A stretch of 64,000 nucleotides of DNA, taken from an uncultured bacterium. GTDB taxonomy: Bacteria; Actinomycetota; Acidimicrobiia; Spongiisociales; UBA5794. The notes beneath the pieces were generated by a model, which saw only the letters and a program-made list of their open reading frames with translations, ran no database searches and was not told the DNA's origin. The position numbers were made by a program, and so were the translations under genes. Positions 1-9,955 of this stretch are shown piece by piece; position 1 is the stretch's first letter, and each line of letters starts with the position of its first letter. Location: assembly GCA_963801165.1 (NCBI GenBank), contig CAWDDT010000005.1:512001-576000 (forward strand), written 5' to 3'.

Positions 1-534
1 AGCCAGGAACAGGCAGACGCGATCAAGGCGAAGATCGATTCGCTCGATCTCGGCAACCTGTCGCTTGCAGGTCTCCGTGGTCAGTTGCGGGACGGTGGGA
101 GCCTTGGCCTTCCTTTCCTCGGACGCCACGGCGATTGGCTGGGCGACCTGAACCTCGGCATTGATCTCGACCAGCTGCGCGCAAAGCTCGATTCGGGGCT
201 GAGTCTGAAAGAGGCGCTGACCGAGTTGGGTGTCGACGTCGACTCGGTGGTCGCGCAGATGAAGCAGTCGGCGCTCGACAAGATCGATCAGATGGTCAAG
301 GACGGCACCATCACCCAGGACCGCGCCGATGAGCTCGAGCAGATGGTCGAGAATTTCGATCTCGGTGACCGGCTGCCGCTTGGCCCGGGTGCCCATCTCG
401 ACCCCGGAACACTCGGACCGCGGGGACACATGCAGCACGGACCGCAAGCAAATGGCCCCCAGTTCTTCAACAGAGATCGGGGTTCGGACAACCCAGCCGG
501 TAGTGGGGACCCAGCCGGTAGTGGGGAAGTCTGA
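1..534 (+). CDS. Hypothetical protein, 5'-truncated by the window edge; helical 'LV.DG.ITQ..AD' type repeats
   Basis: ORF track 85..534; protein appears to continue upstream past the window edge; motif QMVKDGTITQDRADELEQ. Confidence 0.6.
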   Translation, partial: SQEQADAIKAKIDSLDLGNLSLAGLRGQLRDGGSLGLPFLGRHGDWLGDLNLGIDLDQLRAKLDSGLSLKEALTELGVDVDSVVAQMKQSALDKIDQMVKDGTITQDRADELEQMVENFDLGDRLPLGPGAHLDPGTLGPRGHMQHGPQANGPQFFNRDRGSDNPAGSGDPAGSGEV

Positions 535-578
535 TACCTCCGCAGGCGCATTCCCGATTGATCGGCCAGACCGACCGA

Positions 579-998
579 TCAGTCGGTTCCGACCGGGTAA
601 TCCGCGTATAGGACCGGGCCCGGCTCGGCTTTGGACATCTCCTGGGCGACCTCCGCCGGCACCGGGCGGTTGGCCGTGTCCACGTGGATGATCTGAGGTG
701 TGAAATCATCTAGCTCGTCCTCGTCGTAGTCGGCATAGGTGATGATGATCACACGGTCGCCGGGGGACACGAGCCGGGCCGCGGCTCCGTTCAAACAGAC
801 GTCACCCGGTCCGCCCGGGATGGCGTAGGTGACGAGACGGTTGCCGTTGTCGATGTCGAGGACGTGTACTTGCTCCATTTCACGTATGTCGGCAAGCTTC
901 ATCAGGTCGCCATCGAGGGTGATAGATCCGACATAGTTCAGGTCGGCGTCGGTAACAGTCGCCCTGTGGATCTTCGATTTCATCATGCGTCGCCGCAC
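579..998 (-). CDS. panD: Aspartate 1-decarboxylase (pyruvoyl enzyme)
   Basis: KSKIHRATVT..DLNYVGSITLD (G-S self-cleavage site), NGNRLVTYAI, CLNGAAA; AAGGAG RBS before the GTG. Confidence 0.97.
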   Translation of the reverse strand: MRRRMMKSKIHRATVTDADLNYVGSITLDGDLMKLADIREMEQVHVLDIDNGNRLVTYAIPGGPGDVCLNGAAARLVSPGDRVIIITYADYDEDELDDFTPQIIHVDTANRPVPAEVAQEMSKAEPGPVLYADYPVGTD

Positions 999-1213
999 GG
1001 TTGCTCCTTTGCTTGACGCCGCCCGAGCGGTCGCCGTACGTTCACCGGTTGCAGGATAGTTGCACCAGGTACAACCCGGCTAGGGGGTTTTCTATTCGTT
1101 TGAGCCCGACCTATTCGTTTGACCCGACAAATTCGTCTGACCCCAACAAAGGAAGAGAGTTTCGGTCGATGGCCCGTTGGCGGTAATGTGAATGTCGCTC
1201 TTCGCAAAGAAGA

Positions 1214-1332
1214 GGTTCCGGCGTTCAGCGAAGTCCGGTGAGAACCCGGCGCTGTCCCGCAGCTGTGAAGCCTTTGGCGGCCGCAACAAACGGTCCGAGA
1301 AGGATCAGCCAGATCGCCTGGTCACCGGAACC
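1214..1332 (+). ncRNA. Cobalamin (B12) riboswitch
   Basis: P1 GGTTCCGG(1214-1221)/CCGGAACC(1325-1332); core GAAGTCCGGTGAGAACCCGGCGCTGTCCCGCAGCTGTGA; B12-box-like AGCCAGATCGCC; lies upstream of an ECF transporter operon. Confidence 0.92.
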
Positions 1333-1415
1333 GGTTAGAGACCTCGGATGAAGGTTGATCCCGGTGCCAGAACCTCGGGCTCCTCGCTTCATCCTCCTGA
1401 ATGGGAGGATGTTTT

Positions 1416-2915
1416 ATGGAACGGCTCTCCAGCCACCCACCGCGCTGGGCGGCTCTCTCTCTACTGATCTCCGTCCTGGCGATTCTGCTCACGCCGATCC
1501 CGGCGTCGGCTGCGGTCGATCCGGATTCGGCACCGGCGCGAGCGGCAGAATGGATTGCGAGGGACTATCAGGCTCCCGATTCTGAGATAGCGCTATACGG
1601 GACGGGAGTTCTGATCGACGCCCTTGTCTCGCTCGCTGCTACCGGAACCGAGTCGGGCGTGGCGCTTGACATGCTCGACGAGTTGCGCACGGTGGCCGGT
1701 GACTACGTGGGAGGCGGTGATTCGTTCAGCGTGGGAGCGGCCGGAAAGGTGATCCACGTGCTCGAGGTCTACGGCGAGGACGTGGCCACGTTCGTTGGCT
1801 CCGACATCGAGGCTGAGCTGCGTTCCACAATGCAGACGTCCGGTGACGAAGCCGGCCGGTTTGGTGAGGCGACCGTCTTCGAACAGGCGACGGTGGTCCT
1901 GGGGTTGGCGACCACCCCCGACGGTGTGCCCGCAGACGCGGTGACGTATCTCGCGTCGCAGCAATGTCCCGGCGGCGAGTTCACCTACGACGGCTCTTGC
2001 CCCGGCCCCGGTGACGCCGATACCACCGGTATCGCAGCCGTGGCGTTGATCGCAGGTGGCGATACGACGACAGCGGCAACGTCGGTCTCCTGGTTGCTGT
2101 CGTTGCAGCTCGGCGATGGATCGATCCCCGGGTACGGCACCCCCAACAGCAACTCGACGGCCGCCGGTGCCCAGGCGTTTGTGGCTGCCGGTGAGACCAC
2201 AGCGGCAGCCGCCGCGGCGACCTTTCTCGCGTCGATGCAGTTCCCCGCGACTGCCGATCCCGCCGACGCCGGCGGTCTGAGATGGATCGCAGGGGATGCG
2301 GCAGCAAACACCTTTGCGACGGTGCAGGGCGTCTGGGGGATGGGCGTCCCCGCTCTGTTCGACATCTCCGCCCCGATGTTTGAGTTCACCGACACAGCCG
2401 GTTCTGTCTTCCCGCGTGAGATCAAGTGGATTGCCGCTGCCGGCGTCACAATGGGGTGCAATCCGCCCACGGACGACAGGTTCTGTCCGGACGATCCGGT
2501 GACTCGAGGCCAGATGGCGGCGTTCTTGAGCCGGGCGCTGGACCTGCCGGCGGCGTCCGGGTCGGGTTTCACCGACATCGCCACCAGTACGTTTGAGGGC
2601 GATATAGAGGCGATCGCCGGAGCGGGGATCACCAAAGGGTGCAACCCACCGGCGAACGACATGTTTTGCCCCGACCAGATCGTCACCCGCGGCGAGATGG
2701 CGGCGTTCCTCAACCGGGCATTTGCGCTCCCCGCGGGCTCCGGGTCGGGGTTTGTCGATGTCACCGGGAACGTGTTTGCCGGCGATATAGAGGCAATCGC
2801 TGCGGCCGGGGTCACCAGGGGCTGCAACCCGCCGGTCAACGACATGTATTGCCCCTACCAGCCGGTGACACGCGGTCAGATGGCGGCGTTCATATATCGA
2901 GCGATGCACGGGTAG
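1416..2915 (+). CDS. Secreted prenyltransferase/squalene-oxidase-repeat (alpha-alpha barrel) protein with three C-terminal SLH-like repeats; putative cobalamin-capture protein
   Basis: Signal peptide, YLASQQCPGGEF and WLLSLQLGDG barrel repeats, DADTTG, NSNST; 3x GCNPP..D.FCP..VTRG(Q/E)MAAF; first gene after the B12 riboswitch; start chosen at the ATG after GGGAGG. Confidence 0.75.
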   Translation: MERLSSHPPRWAALSLLISVLAILLTPIPASAAVDPDSAPARAAEWIARDYQAPDSEIALYGTGVLIDALVSLAATGTESGVALDMLDELRTVAGDYVGGGDSFSVGAAGKVIHVLEVYGEDVATFVGSDIEAELRSTMQTSGDEAGRFGEATVFEQATVVLGLATTPDGVPADAVTYLASQQCPGGEFTYDGSCPGPGDADTTGIAAVALIAGGDTTTAATSVSWLLSLQLGDGSIPGYGTPNSNSTAAGAQAFVAAGETTAAAAAATFLASMQFPATADPADAGGLRWIAGDAAANTFATVQGVWGMGVPALFDISAPMFEFTDTAGSVFPREIKWIAAAGVTMGCNPPTDDRFCPDDPVTRGQMAAFLSRALDLPAASGSGFTDIATSTFEGDIEAIAGAGITKGCNPPANDMFCPDQIVTRGEMAAFLNRAFALPAGSGSGFVDVTGNVFAGDIEAIAAAGVTRGCNPPVNDMYCPYQPVTRGQMAAFIYRAMHG

Positions 2916-2921
2916 GGAACG

Positions 2922-3842
2922 ATGACGCAGCGGCGAGCGATGCGACGATGGGTGGCTACGGCGCTGGTGTTGCTCGTGTCGTGGCTGCCGTCCGGGGTGG
3001 CCCGGGCCGGGGAAGCGTGTCCCGATGCCGCAAGTGGTGTGACGGTCGTCGTCGACTTCCGTGACGCCGGTGGCGGTATCCAGGTGGGATGCGCCCCCGG
3101 CGTTCCTTCGTCCGGGTTTGCCGCGCTCCAGGCCGCCGGGTTCACCATCACGGAAGTTCAGGGAACGCCGGGGTTCCTGTGCAAGATCAATGGGCTTCCC
3201 GGCGACGAGGACTGCGTAGGAACGCCGCCCGCCGACGCCTTTTGGTCTTACTGGTCGGCGTCACGGGGCGGGTCGTGGTCCTACAGCATCGTCGGTGGTT
3301 CCACACGGACTCCGGCGGCGGGGACCGTGGACGGCTGGTCGTTCGGGTCCGGCACGGCACCGGGTATCGACCCGCCAGGCGAGGCGCCACCGGCTACAAC
3401 AACGACGACAACCACGACAACGACGACAACCACGACAACGACTACGACCACAACGACAACGACCACCGTCCCGCCGACCACTACAACAACGGCCGTCGCC
3501 CCCACCACGACGGCAGCCCCGGTGACCACCACTTCGTCGACAGCACCGCCGGCGACGACCGCCCCGGTCGCCCCGACGACCGTTGCGAAGGGCGCCACCG
3601 TCGCGTCGGCCGCGACCCCGACCACCACACCGCCAACTACGACGTCCGCCACATCGGTCGCGCCGGCGGCGGCCACGGGGACAACCGCGACGGCAACGAC
3701 GGTTGCGGCTGCGGCCCCGAGGACCAACGACGAGGGTGGCTCCGGGTCGGGAGCATCGACCGTCGTCGCCCTCGCCGCCCTGGCCGGGATCGGCATGGCT
3801 GGAACCGGTATTGCGATACGCCGCAGAGGGACACACCGATGA
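2922..3842 (+). CDS. SCO2322-like/DUF4430-like secreted protein with Thr-rich stalk and C-terminal membrane anchor (B12 ECF accessory)
   Basis: GVTVVVDF, GFLCKINGLP, FWSYW, GWSFG; poly-Thr linker; C-terminal TM helix plus RRR. Confidence 0.75.
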   Translation: MTQRRAMRRWVATALVLLVSWLPSGVARAGEACPDAASGVTVVVDFRDAGGGIQVGCAPGVPSSGFAALQAAGFTITEVQGTPGFLCKINGLPGDEDCVGTPPADAFWSYWSASRGGSWSYSIVGGSTRTPAAGTVDGWSFGSGTAPGIDPPGEAPPATTTTTTTTTTTTTTTTTTTTTTTTVPPTTTTTAVAPTTTAAPVTTTSSTAPPATTAPVAPTTVAKGATVASAATPTTTPPTTTSATSVAPAAATGTTATATTVAAAAPRTNDEGGSGSGASTVVALAALAGIGMAGTGIAIRRRGTHR

Positions 3843-4909
3843 GCCGGCCGCTCCGTCGTCTTCATCCCGGTGCCTGGTGGTTGTGGGCGCTATTCCTTGC
3901 CGCGGCGGCCTCACGGACGACGGACCTGCTTCTGCTGGCACTGCTCGTCGCCGTTGCCTGGTTCATGGTGATAGTCCGCGGCGGGCAGGGGAGCACCCGG
4001 ACATTCCGCATCTACCTGTTTGTCGCCTTGTTCGTTCTGGTGCTCCGGGTGGCCTTCCGGGTGCTTGTCGGTGGCGACGCCGCCGGCGACGTGCTGTTCC
4101 GGCTCCCGCAAATATCGTTGCCCTCCTGGGCGGTCGGTATCCGGCTCGGCGGGCCGGTAACCACTCGCGAGCTCACCGGCGGTGTCGCCGACGGAGCGCG
4201 CCTGGCAACGCTTATCGTCTGTGTCGGTGCCGCCAACGCACTCGCCGACCCGAGACGGCTTCTCCGGTCGTTACCGCTGGCGCTGCATTCTGTGGGAACG
4301 GCGGTAGTGGTTGCCATCGGTCTGGTACCGCAACTGATCGCCAGCGCACTCCGGGTGCACCGGGCGTCGTCGCTCCGGGCGGTCAAGAGCCGCCGTCTCC
4401 GCTTGCGCCGCACCGTATCCCCGGTCATCGACGACGCCCTCGATAGGACGCTGGCGCTGGCAGTAGCGATGGAGGTGCGGGGGTTCGGCAGACCGCTCGG
4501 GCCCGGGCACCGTCGCATTTTCGCACTCACCGCGGCCGGGCTGCTGGCAGTGGCAACCGGGCTCTATCTCGTCCTGGACGGAACGACCACCGCGGGTACC
4601 GCGCTGGTTGTGGCGGGGATGGCGGCGAGTCTGGCCGGTCTGCGCTTCGCCGGGCGCCGCCGGTCTGTGACCGTCTATCGGCCAGAGCCCTGGCTGGCCT
4701 CCGAGTGGGTGGTGGCGGCAACGGGCCTGCTGGTCCTGGTGGTCGTGCTTGCCGCCGGCCGGACCAACCCGGCAGCGCTGCATCCAATCGGGGTGCCGTC
4801 CCCACCGCTCCCCGTCACGATCGCCATCGTCGCCGCGGCTCTCCCCGCCTGGTTTGCGCCCCGTGAAGCCGGGGGACCGCTCCGTCCCACCAGATTGCAG
4901 ACGTCATGA
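3839..4909 (+). CDS. ECF transporter transmembrane (T, CbiQ-like) component
   Basis: LHPGAWWLWA, NALADPRRLLRSLP, AMEVRGFG; ATGA overlap with the upstream gene. Confidence 0.88.
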   Translation: MSRPLRRLHPGAWWLWALFLAAAASRTTDLLLLALLVAVAWFMVIVRGGQGSTRTFRIYLFVALFVLVLRVAFRVLVGGDAAGDVLFRLPQISLPSWAVGIRLGGPVTTRELTGGVADGARLATLIVCVGAANALADPRRLLRSLPLALHSVGTAVVVAIGLVPQLIASALRVHRASSLRAVKSRRLRLRRTVSPVIDDALDRTLALAVAMEVRGFGRPLGPGHRRIFALTAAGLLAVATGLYLVLDGTTTAGTALVVAGMAASLAGLRFAGRRRSVTVYRPEPWLASEWVVAATGLLVLVVVLAAGRTNPAALHPIGVPSPPLPVTIAIVAAALPAWFAPREAGGPLRPTRLQTS

Positions 4910-6477
4910 CCGAATTCACCGAGATGATCGAATTCACCGAGTTCACGCTCACCTACCCGGACGCCGCCGCACCCGTGCTCCGCAAGGTGAGCCTGACAAT
5001 CGAGGAGGGGATGCTCTGTCTGGTTACCGGAGCCACCGGCGCCGGCAAGACGTCGCTTCTCGCCGCCATCAACGGGCTGGTACCTCATTTCACCGGGGGC
5101 ACCGTGTCCGGATCGGTCGTGGTCGGTGGCCGTGACACCAGGGTCACCCATCCTGCGGCGATGGCCGATCTTGTCGGATACGTCGGGCAGGACCCGGCTC
5201 GCGGCTTTGTCACAGAGACCGTCGAGTACGAGCTTGCCTACGGCATGGAGCAGGCGGGTGTTGACCGATCCACCATGCGCGCCCGCGTGGAGGAGACCCT
5301 CGATCTGCTTGGCATCGCCCACCTCCGCCAGATGCCGGTCACGGCACTCTCGGGTGGGGAGCAGCAAAGGGTCGCCATCGGGTCGGTGCTGACGGTGCAT
5401 CCGCGGGTGCTGGTGCTCGACGAGCCGACCTCGGCGCTCGATCCGGGTGCGGCCGAGGAGGTTCTTGCCGCTGTGACCCGGCTGGTTCACGATCTCGGGC
5501 TCACCGTGGTGGTAGCCGAGCATCGGCTGGAGCGGATCATCCACTACGCCGATCAGGTGGTCGTTGTCAACGCGGACGGCACGGTGACGTCGGGGGAGCC
5601 ACGCGACACCATCGCGACGAGTGAGCTCGTCCCACCGGTCGTCGAGCTAGGACGGATAGCCGGATGGGACGTCGTGCCGCTGTCGGTGCGTGAGGGGCGC
5701 AGGCGAGCTGCCGATCTGCGCAGCCGGGTGGCTGCACCACTATCGAGACCTCCCGTCGTCGGGCACGCGGCGGTATCGGCGAAGCGGCTCTCCGTGACCT
5801 ACGGCCCGGTGGTCGCCGTTCGCGATCTGACCGTCGAGCTGAACCGGGGCGAGGTGTGCGTCGTGATGGGTCGCAACGGGTCCGGGAAATCCTCACTGTT
5901 CTGGGCGCTGCAAGGTGCTCTCGTGCCCGACCAGGGATCGGTTGATCGCACCGGCGTAGTGGGGTTGGTGCCGCAGACACCCGGCGACCTGTTGTTTCTG
6001 TCCTCGGTCGCCGGGGAGTGCGCTCAAGCCGACCAGGACGGTGACCTCGCACCGGGAACCTGCAAGGCGGTGCTCGACGAGCTCGTTCCCGGCATCGCAG
6101 GCGATACCCATCCGGGCGATCTGTCGGAGGGTCAGCGGCTGGCGCTCGTACTCGCCACGCAGCTCGTGACCCAGCCCGACGCCGTATTGCTCGATGAGCC
6201 AACCCGCGGCCTCGATTACGCCTCCAAGAGGAATCTTGTCGCGGTGTTGCAGCGGCTTGCCACCGAGGACCGGGCGGTGGTGTTGTCGACCCACGACGTC
6301 GAGTTCGCTGCTCTTGTTGCCGACCGGGTGGTGGTGATGGCGGAAGGCGAGATCGTCAGCGACGGCAGTGCGGTCGACGTGCTCACTGCGACGCCGCTGT
6401 TCGCTCCGCAGGTGGCCAAGGTGATGGCACCGCTGCCGTTCCTGACCGTCTCCGAGGTCATCGAGGCGATCGCATGA
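4906..6477 (+). CDS. ECF transporter ATP-binding protein (duplicated ATPase domains)
   Basis: Two Walker A (GATGAGKT, GRNGSGKS), LSGGEQQR/LSEGQR signatures, two DEPT motifs. Confidence 0.93.
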   Translation: MTEFTEMIEFTEFTLTYPDAAAPVLRKVSLTIEEGMLCLVTGATGAGKTSLLAAINGLVPHFTGGTVSGSVVVGGRDTRVTHPAAMADLVGYVGQDPARGFVTETVEYELAYGMEQAGVDRSTMRARVEETLDLLGIAHLRQMPVTALSGGEQQRVAIGSVLTVHPRVLVLDEPTSALDPGAAEEVLAAVTRLVHDLGLTVVVAEHRLERIIHYADQVVVVNADGTVTSGEPRDTIATSELVPPVVELGRIAGWDVVPLSVREGRRRAADLRSRVAAPLSRPPVVGHAAVSAKRLSVTYGPVVAVRDLTVELNRGEVCVVMGRNGSGKSSLFWALQGALVPDQGSVDRTGVVGLVPQTPGDLLFLSSVAGECAQADQDGDLAPGTCKAVLDELVPGIAGDTHPGDLSEGQRLALVLATQLVTQPDAVLLDEPTRGLDYASKRNLVAVLQRLATEDRAVVLSTHDVEFAALVADRVVVMAEGEIVSDGSAVDVLTATPLFAPQVAKVMAPLPFLTVSEVIEAIA

Positions 6478-7283
6478 GAAGCCGTGCCCTTGCCGTGGTT
6501 GGTCTGATCTCGGTGATCGGGCTGATGGGCTTTCTCTGGCCGCTCCTCGTGCAGCCCGACAGCACCCTCGCCCACAACGACGACGCCCCAATGCTGTTTG
6601 CAGTCATGCTGCCGTTGTTGCTGGCGGTGGTCCTGGCCGAGTTGTCGGACGGGGTGATGGACTCCAAGCGGGTTGCCATGCTCGGTGTGCTCGCCGCGCT
6701 CGGTGCAGTGCTGCGCCCGCTCGGGGCCGGGACCGGCGGGATCGAGCTGGTGTTTATCCCGATCATCCTCGGCGGTCGTGCGTTCGGCCCGTCGTTCGGG
6801 TTCGTGCTCGGCTCGATCACACTTTTTGCGTCGGCGCTGCTCACCGCAGGAGTCGGGCCCTGGCTGCCGTTCCAGATGCTCGCTGCCGCCTGGATGGGCA
6901 TGGGTGCCGGTCTGCTGCCGAAGCGTCTCGCCGGTCGTACGGAGATCGTCGTTCTCGCCGCCTACGGGGCGATAGCGGCACTCGCCTTCGGGTTGGTGAT
7001 GAACATGTACTTCTGGCCGTTCGCCGTCGGCAGCGACACGGCCATCTCAATGCAGGCCGGCGCCGCGGTATGGGACAACCTGCGCCGCTTCTTCGCTTAC
7101 CACCTGGCGACGTCCCTCGGCTGGGACGTCGGTCGCGCAATCACCAACGTGGTGGCGATCAGCCTGATCGGCCGTGGCGTCCTGATCGCCCTGAAACGAA
7201 CGGCCCGCCGCGCCGCCTTCGACTACCAACCCGGCCCACTTTCGGCGTCCAATGCGGCCGCAATTGGCCGGAACGGACACTAG
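6474..7283 (+). CDS. ECF transporter S component (CbrT-like, likely cobalamin)
   Basis: Multi-TM; GVGPWLPFQM, SLGWDVGRA; last gene of the riboswitch operon. Confidence 0.88.
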   Translation: MRSRALAVVGLISVIGLMGFLWPLLVQPDSTLAHNDDAPMLFAVMLPLLLAVVLAELSDGVMDSKRVAMLGVLAALGAVLRPLGAGTGGIELVFIPIILGGRAFGPSFGFVLGSITLFASALLTAGVGPWLPFQMLAAAWMGMGAGLLPKRLAGRTEIVVLAAYGAIAALAFGLVMNMYFWPFAVGSDTAISMQAGAAVWDNLRRFFAYHLATSLGWDVGRAITNVVAISLIGRGVLIALKRTARRAAFDYQPGPLSASNAAAIGRNGH

Positions 7284-7288
7284 GTCGG

Positions 7289-7942
7289 TTAGGAGCGGTC
7301 GCGGCTGACCAGGGCCATCATCAGGACCACGGCACCCAGCGCTGCCGAGCATGCCACCCAGAGAGGCGAGATCTGCGTGGTTCGCTCCGGGCTGGGGGCG
7401 AGCGCCATGTAGGCAGGGGCCGCCCGTGGGGCCGGAGCCGCCGAGGTGACGACCACGTCGATTGCCACCGCGGCGGTTGATGGTGGTACGTGGGTGATCT
7501 CCTGCTCGAGGGACGGCGGGTCGATACCCACGTACAGCGCCCCACCGTTGAGGTCGCCAAACCCGGTAGTGCATGGGTCATTGCAGACGACAACCTGATA
7601 CTCACCCGCCGGGGTCTCGGCCGGAATCGTGGCTTGCACAGACACCTCGGCATTCTTCCCAGACGCATCGATGCTGAGCTCGCCGAGCGGCACGTCTGTC
7701 GCAGTCCCACCGGTTGCGGTCGAAGTGATCTCTCCGTAGCCGGTGCCGATCAGATACACGTAGAACGGCCCGTCCTCCACCCAACCGAACGCTCCCTGCG
7801 AGACATGGGCGCTCAGCTCGATCTCTTCGCCCGCGTCGACCCGGACCCGGCTCGGCTCGAGCTGGGCACCGCCTGCATAGGCGGGAGCGGCAATGGCAAC
7901 CGCCGCCACCGCGAGTGCGGATATGCTGAAGAATCGACGCAA
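7289..7942 (-). CDS. Secreted/membrane-anchored hypothetical protein with Ig-like domain
   Basis: Signal peptide, TIPAETPAGEYQVVVCNDPC, C-terminal TM. Confidence 0.65.
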   Translation of the reverse strand: MRRFFSISALAVAAVAIAAPAYAGGAQLEPSRVRVDAGEEIELSAHVSQGAFGWVEDGPFYVYLIGTGYGEITSTATGGTATDVPLGELSIDASGKNAEVSVQATIPAETPAGEYQVVVCNDPCTTGFGDLNGGALYVGIDPPSLEQEITHVPPSTAAVAIDVVVTSAAPAPRAAPAYMALAPSPERTTQISPLWVACSAALGAVVLMMALVSRDRS

Positions 7943-7999
7943 GAGGAACCACCTTTGCCTGACTCCGCCCGAGGCTAATTTGGTCCGGGGATTAAGTGA

Positions 8000-9955
8000 C
8001 TAGTTTCTTCGCGCGCCCTCGGGCGACCACCACCGGGCAGCGTTTGCTGTGTTCCAACCCTGATGGGGGACGAAGCCTTGGATCCGGTCCGGCCAATAGG
8101 GGGCGAGCGACATCTGTCGGCGGACGATCGGGTAAACGACGGCGTTGTCGGCGAGGATCGTCTCGGCCTCGACGACGAGGTCTCTGAGGCGATCCGGGTC
8201 GAGCGTGGTCTGCGCCTCGGCGACGATGTCCGCATACCGTTGTGCCGGCCCGCCGACCGAAGACCAATCGAAGAGGATCTGGTCATTCGGCAGTGTCGGG
8301 TCGAAGGCCGACAGCTGGGAGGCGAGTTCCGGGAGCCCGTCGCCGGAGAAGAGCCGCAGAGCGAAGATGTCGTTTTGACCCTCCGGCAGGTTGATGTTGA
8401 AGAAATCCCAGGTGTAGTTGGTGGTTGCGTCCCATCCGGCGGTCACCAGCTGTGCGACCACCGCATCGCCGATAGCGATGGTCTCGTCGCCGGGGCTGCT
8501 CGTGTATACGGCGGTCGGCGGATCTGCCGAGAAGTCGCGGCCCGATGCCGCGCCGAGCCGGCCCAGTAGATCGCCGGTCCGCGTCGTATCGTCGTACTGT
8601 TGCCACACATCGAGATCGAGCCCGGGCGCGGCAGTACCAACGATCGACGTTGCGACTGGAAATCCGGTGTCGTTCGATATGGCATTCCGGTCGATCGCGC
8701 TCAGAACCGCCCGGCGGTAGAGCAACTCGGCGTTCAGAGAGTCGGGGTTGACGTCGAATCGGGTGTCCCTCATCTCGAAACCGATCACCTCGTAGAGCGT
8801 GTCCCAGGACTGTCCCAGAGCGAAACCTTCCTGGTCCGGATCGCCAAGCGAGCCCGTGTCGGAGGGGTAGATGAGGTATGGCAGCATCACGTCAACCGAC
8901 TGTGCGTTGAAGCTGGACAGAGGAGTGGCCGAGTCGCTCGCCGGGCTGTAGACCTGCATCTCGATGCCATCGAGATAGGGGAGCTGGTTGCCGTCCTCGT
9001 CGTACTCCCAGTAGTTGTTGTTGCGGCTGAAATGCAGAAGGCCGGGGAGCGTCTCCGGAGCTGAGGTCTTCTCGTATCCCTCGAAGACGAACGGCCCGCC
9101 CGATAGCCACGGGTGGTCGTTCCAATCATCGGCGAAAGTCGCGGCGGTCACGGTGTGAGCAGGAACCAGCCACGGGAAGAGCCGCTCGTAGCGCGGGTCG
9201 GGCCGGGTGAGCTGGAAGGTGACCGTGTCTCCGGTGCCGTCGAGTGTGTTCATATCGATGAGCGAGTGCAGATCCCGCAGATCGTGGTCGATCGGCAGGT
9301 TGTCGTTCATGATCAACTCGAGGGTGAAGGCGAAGTCCTCGTACGTAATGGGCGTGCCATCCGCCCACACCGCTCCCGGGTCGATGTGATAGGTGACCGT
9401 TGCCCGGCCGTCTGCCAGAACCACGCCCCCGTTGGCCGTGGTCGGGATCGGATTGACGACCCAGGGCTGCGCCTCGTTGGTTTCGGGGTCGATCCGGAAC
9501 GCACCCGGCACGGTGAGCCGGGCCACATCCGAAGCGTTGCCTGGATCGATGAGGGGGTTGATTGTCGCTACGCGGTGCAGCCCGTCTATGCCCTCGTAGC
9601 CATAGATCATGTCCGTGTTGGACGCCACTTTTACCACGCCGCCATAACCCGGTTCGGCGGCGAGAGCGGCCGTGGTTGTCGTGGTCTCGGGGAGGGTCGA
9701 CGTGGTTGTGGATGGCGCCGTCTCCGGGGCGAGCGTCGTCGTGGTGTCGGCCGGAGCGACATCTGGTTCGGTTCTCATGAACAAGGCGCCGACACCTACG
9801 ACAATCACGAGCGCCAGTGCCGAGGTGAGGACTACCGCGAGCACCCGGGCGCGTCGTCGTCGCCGGATGGTCCGTGCCAGATCGGGAGGGGAGAAACCGG
9901 CACCGGATCGGCGCGCCTCTGCACCCGCGCTGCGTCCGAGTTCGTCGCTGTTCAT
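8000..9955 (-). CDS. Membrane-anchored family-5 ABC solute-binding-domain protein with anti-sigma-like N-terminus
   Basis: Short cytoplasmic N-terminus, RRRRR plus TM, Thr-rich linker, then SBP5 motifs (WADGTPITYEDFAFT, GGPFVF, RNNNYW, PYLDGI, RRAVLSAIDR); ATGA-coupled to an ECF sigma. Confidence 0.8.
   Translation of the reverse strand: MNSDELGRSAGAEARRSGAGFSPPDLARTIRRRRRARVLAVVLTSALALVIVVGVGALFMRTEPDVAPADTTTTLAPETAPSTTTSTLPETTTTTAALAAEPGYGGVVKVASNTDMIYGYEGIDGLHRVATINPLIDPGNASDVARLTVPGAFRIDPETNEAQPWVVNPIPTTANGGVVLADGRATVTYHIDPGAVWADGTPITYEDFAFTLELIMNDNLPIDHDLRDLHSLIDMNTLDGTGDTVTFQLTRPDPRYERLFPWLVPAHTVTAATFADDWNDHPWLSGGPFVFEGYEKTSAPETLPGLLHFSRNNNYWEYDEDGNQLPYLDGIEMQVYSPASDSATPLSSFNAQSVDVMLPYLIYPSDTGSLGDPDQEGFALGQSWDTLYEVIGFEMRDTRFDVNPDSLNAELLYRRAVLSAIDRNAISNDTGFPVATSIVGTAAPGLDLDVWQQYDDTTRTGDLLGRLGAASGRDFSADPPTAVYTSSPGDETIAIGDAVVAQLVTAGWDATTNYTWDFFNINLPEGQNDIFALRLFSGDGLPELASQLSAFDPTLPNDQILFDWSSVGGPAQRYADIVAEAQTTLDPDRLRDLVVEAETILADNAVVYPIVRRQMSLAPYWPDRIQGFVPHQGWNTANAARWWSPEGARRN

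Noticed and set aside
1001-1090. pan RNA motif upstream of panD
   Set aside because: Could not identify the expected conserved stem-loops by eye; needs a covariance-model search
1593-2909. Long antisense and alternative-frame ORFs (also e.g. 12018..13439, 18046..18951, 61003..62031)
   Set aside because: Shadow ORFs typical of high-GC DNA, overlapping well-supported genes
3394-3470. Microsatellite or contingency locus
   Set aside because: Mixed ACN codons encoding a poly-Thr linker, not a pure repeat
4906-4941. Short tandem duplications at gene ends (also about 14570-14601 and 492-527)
   Set aside because: In-frame 15-18-bp slippage duplications with no evident functional pattern
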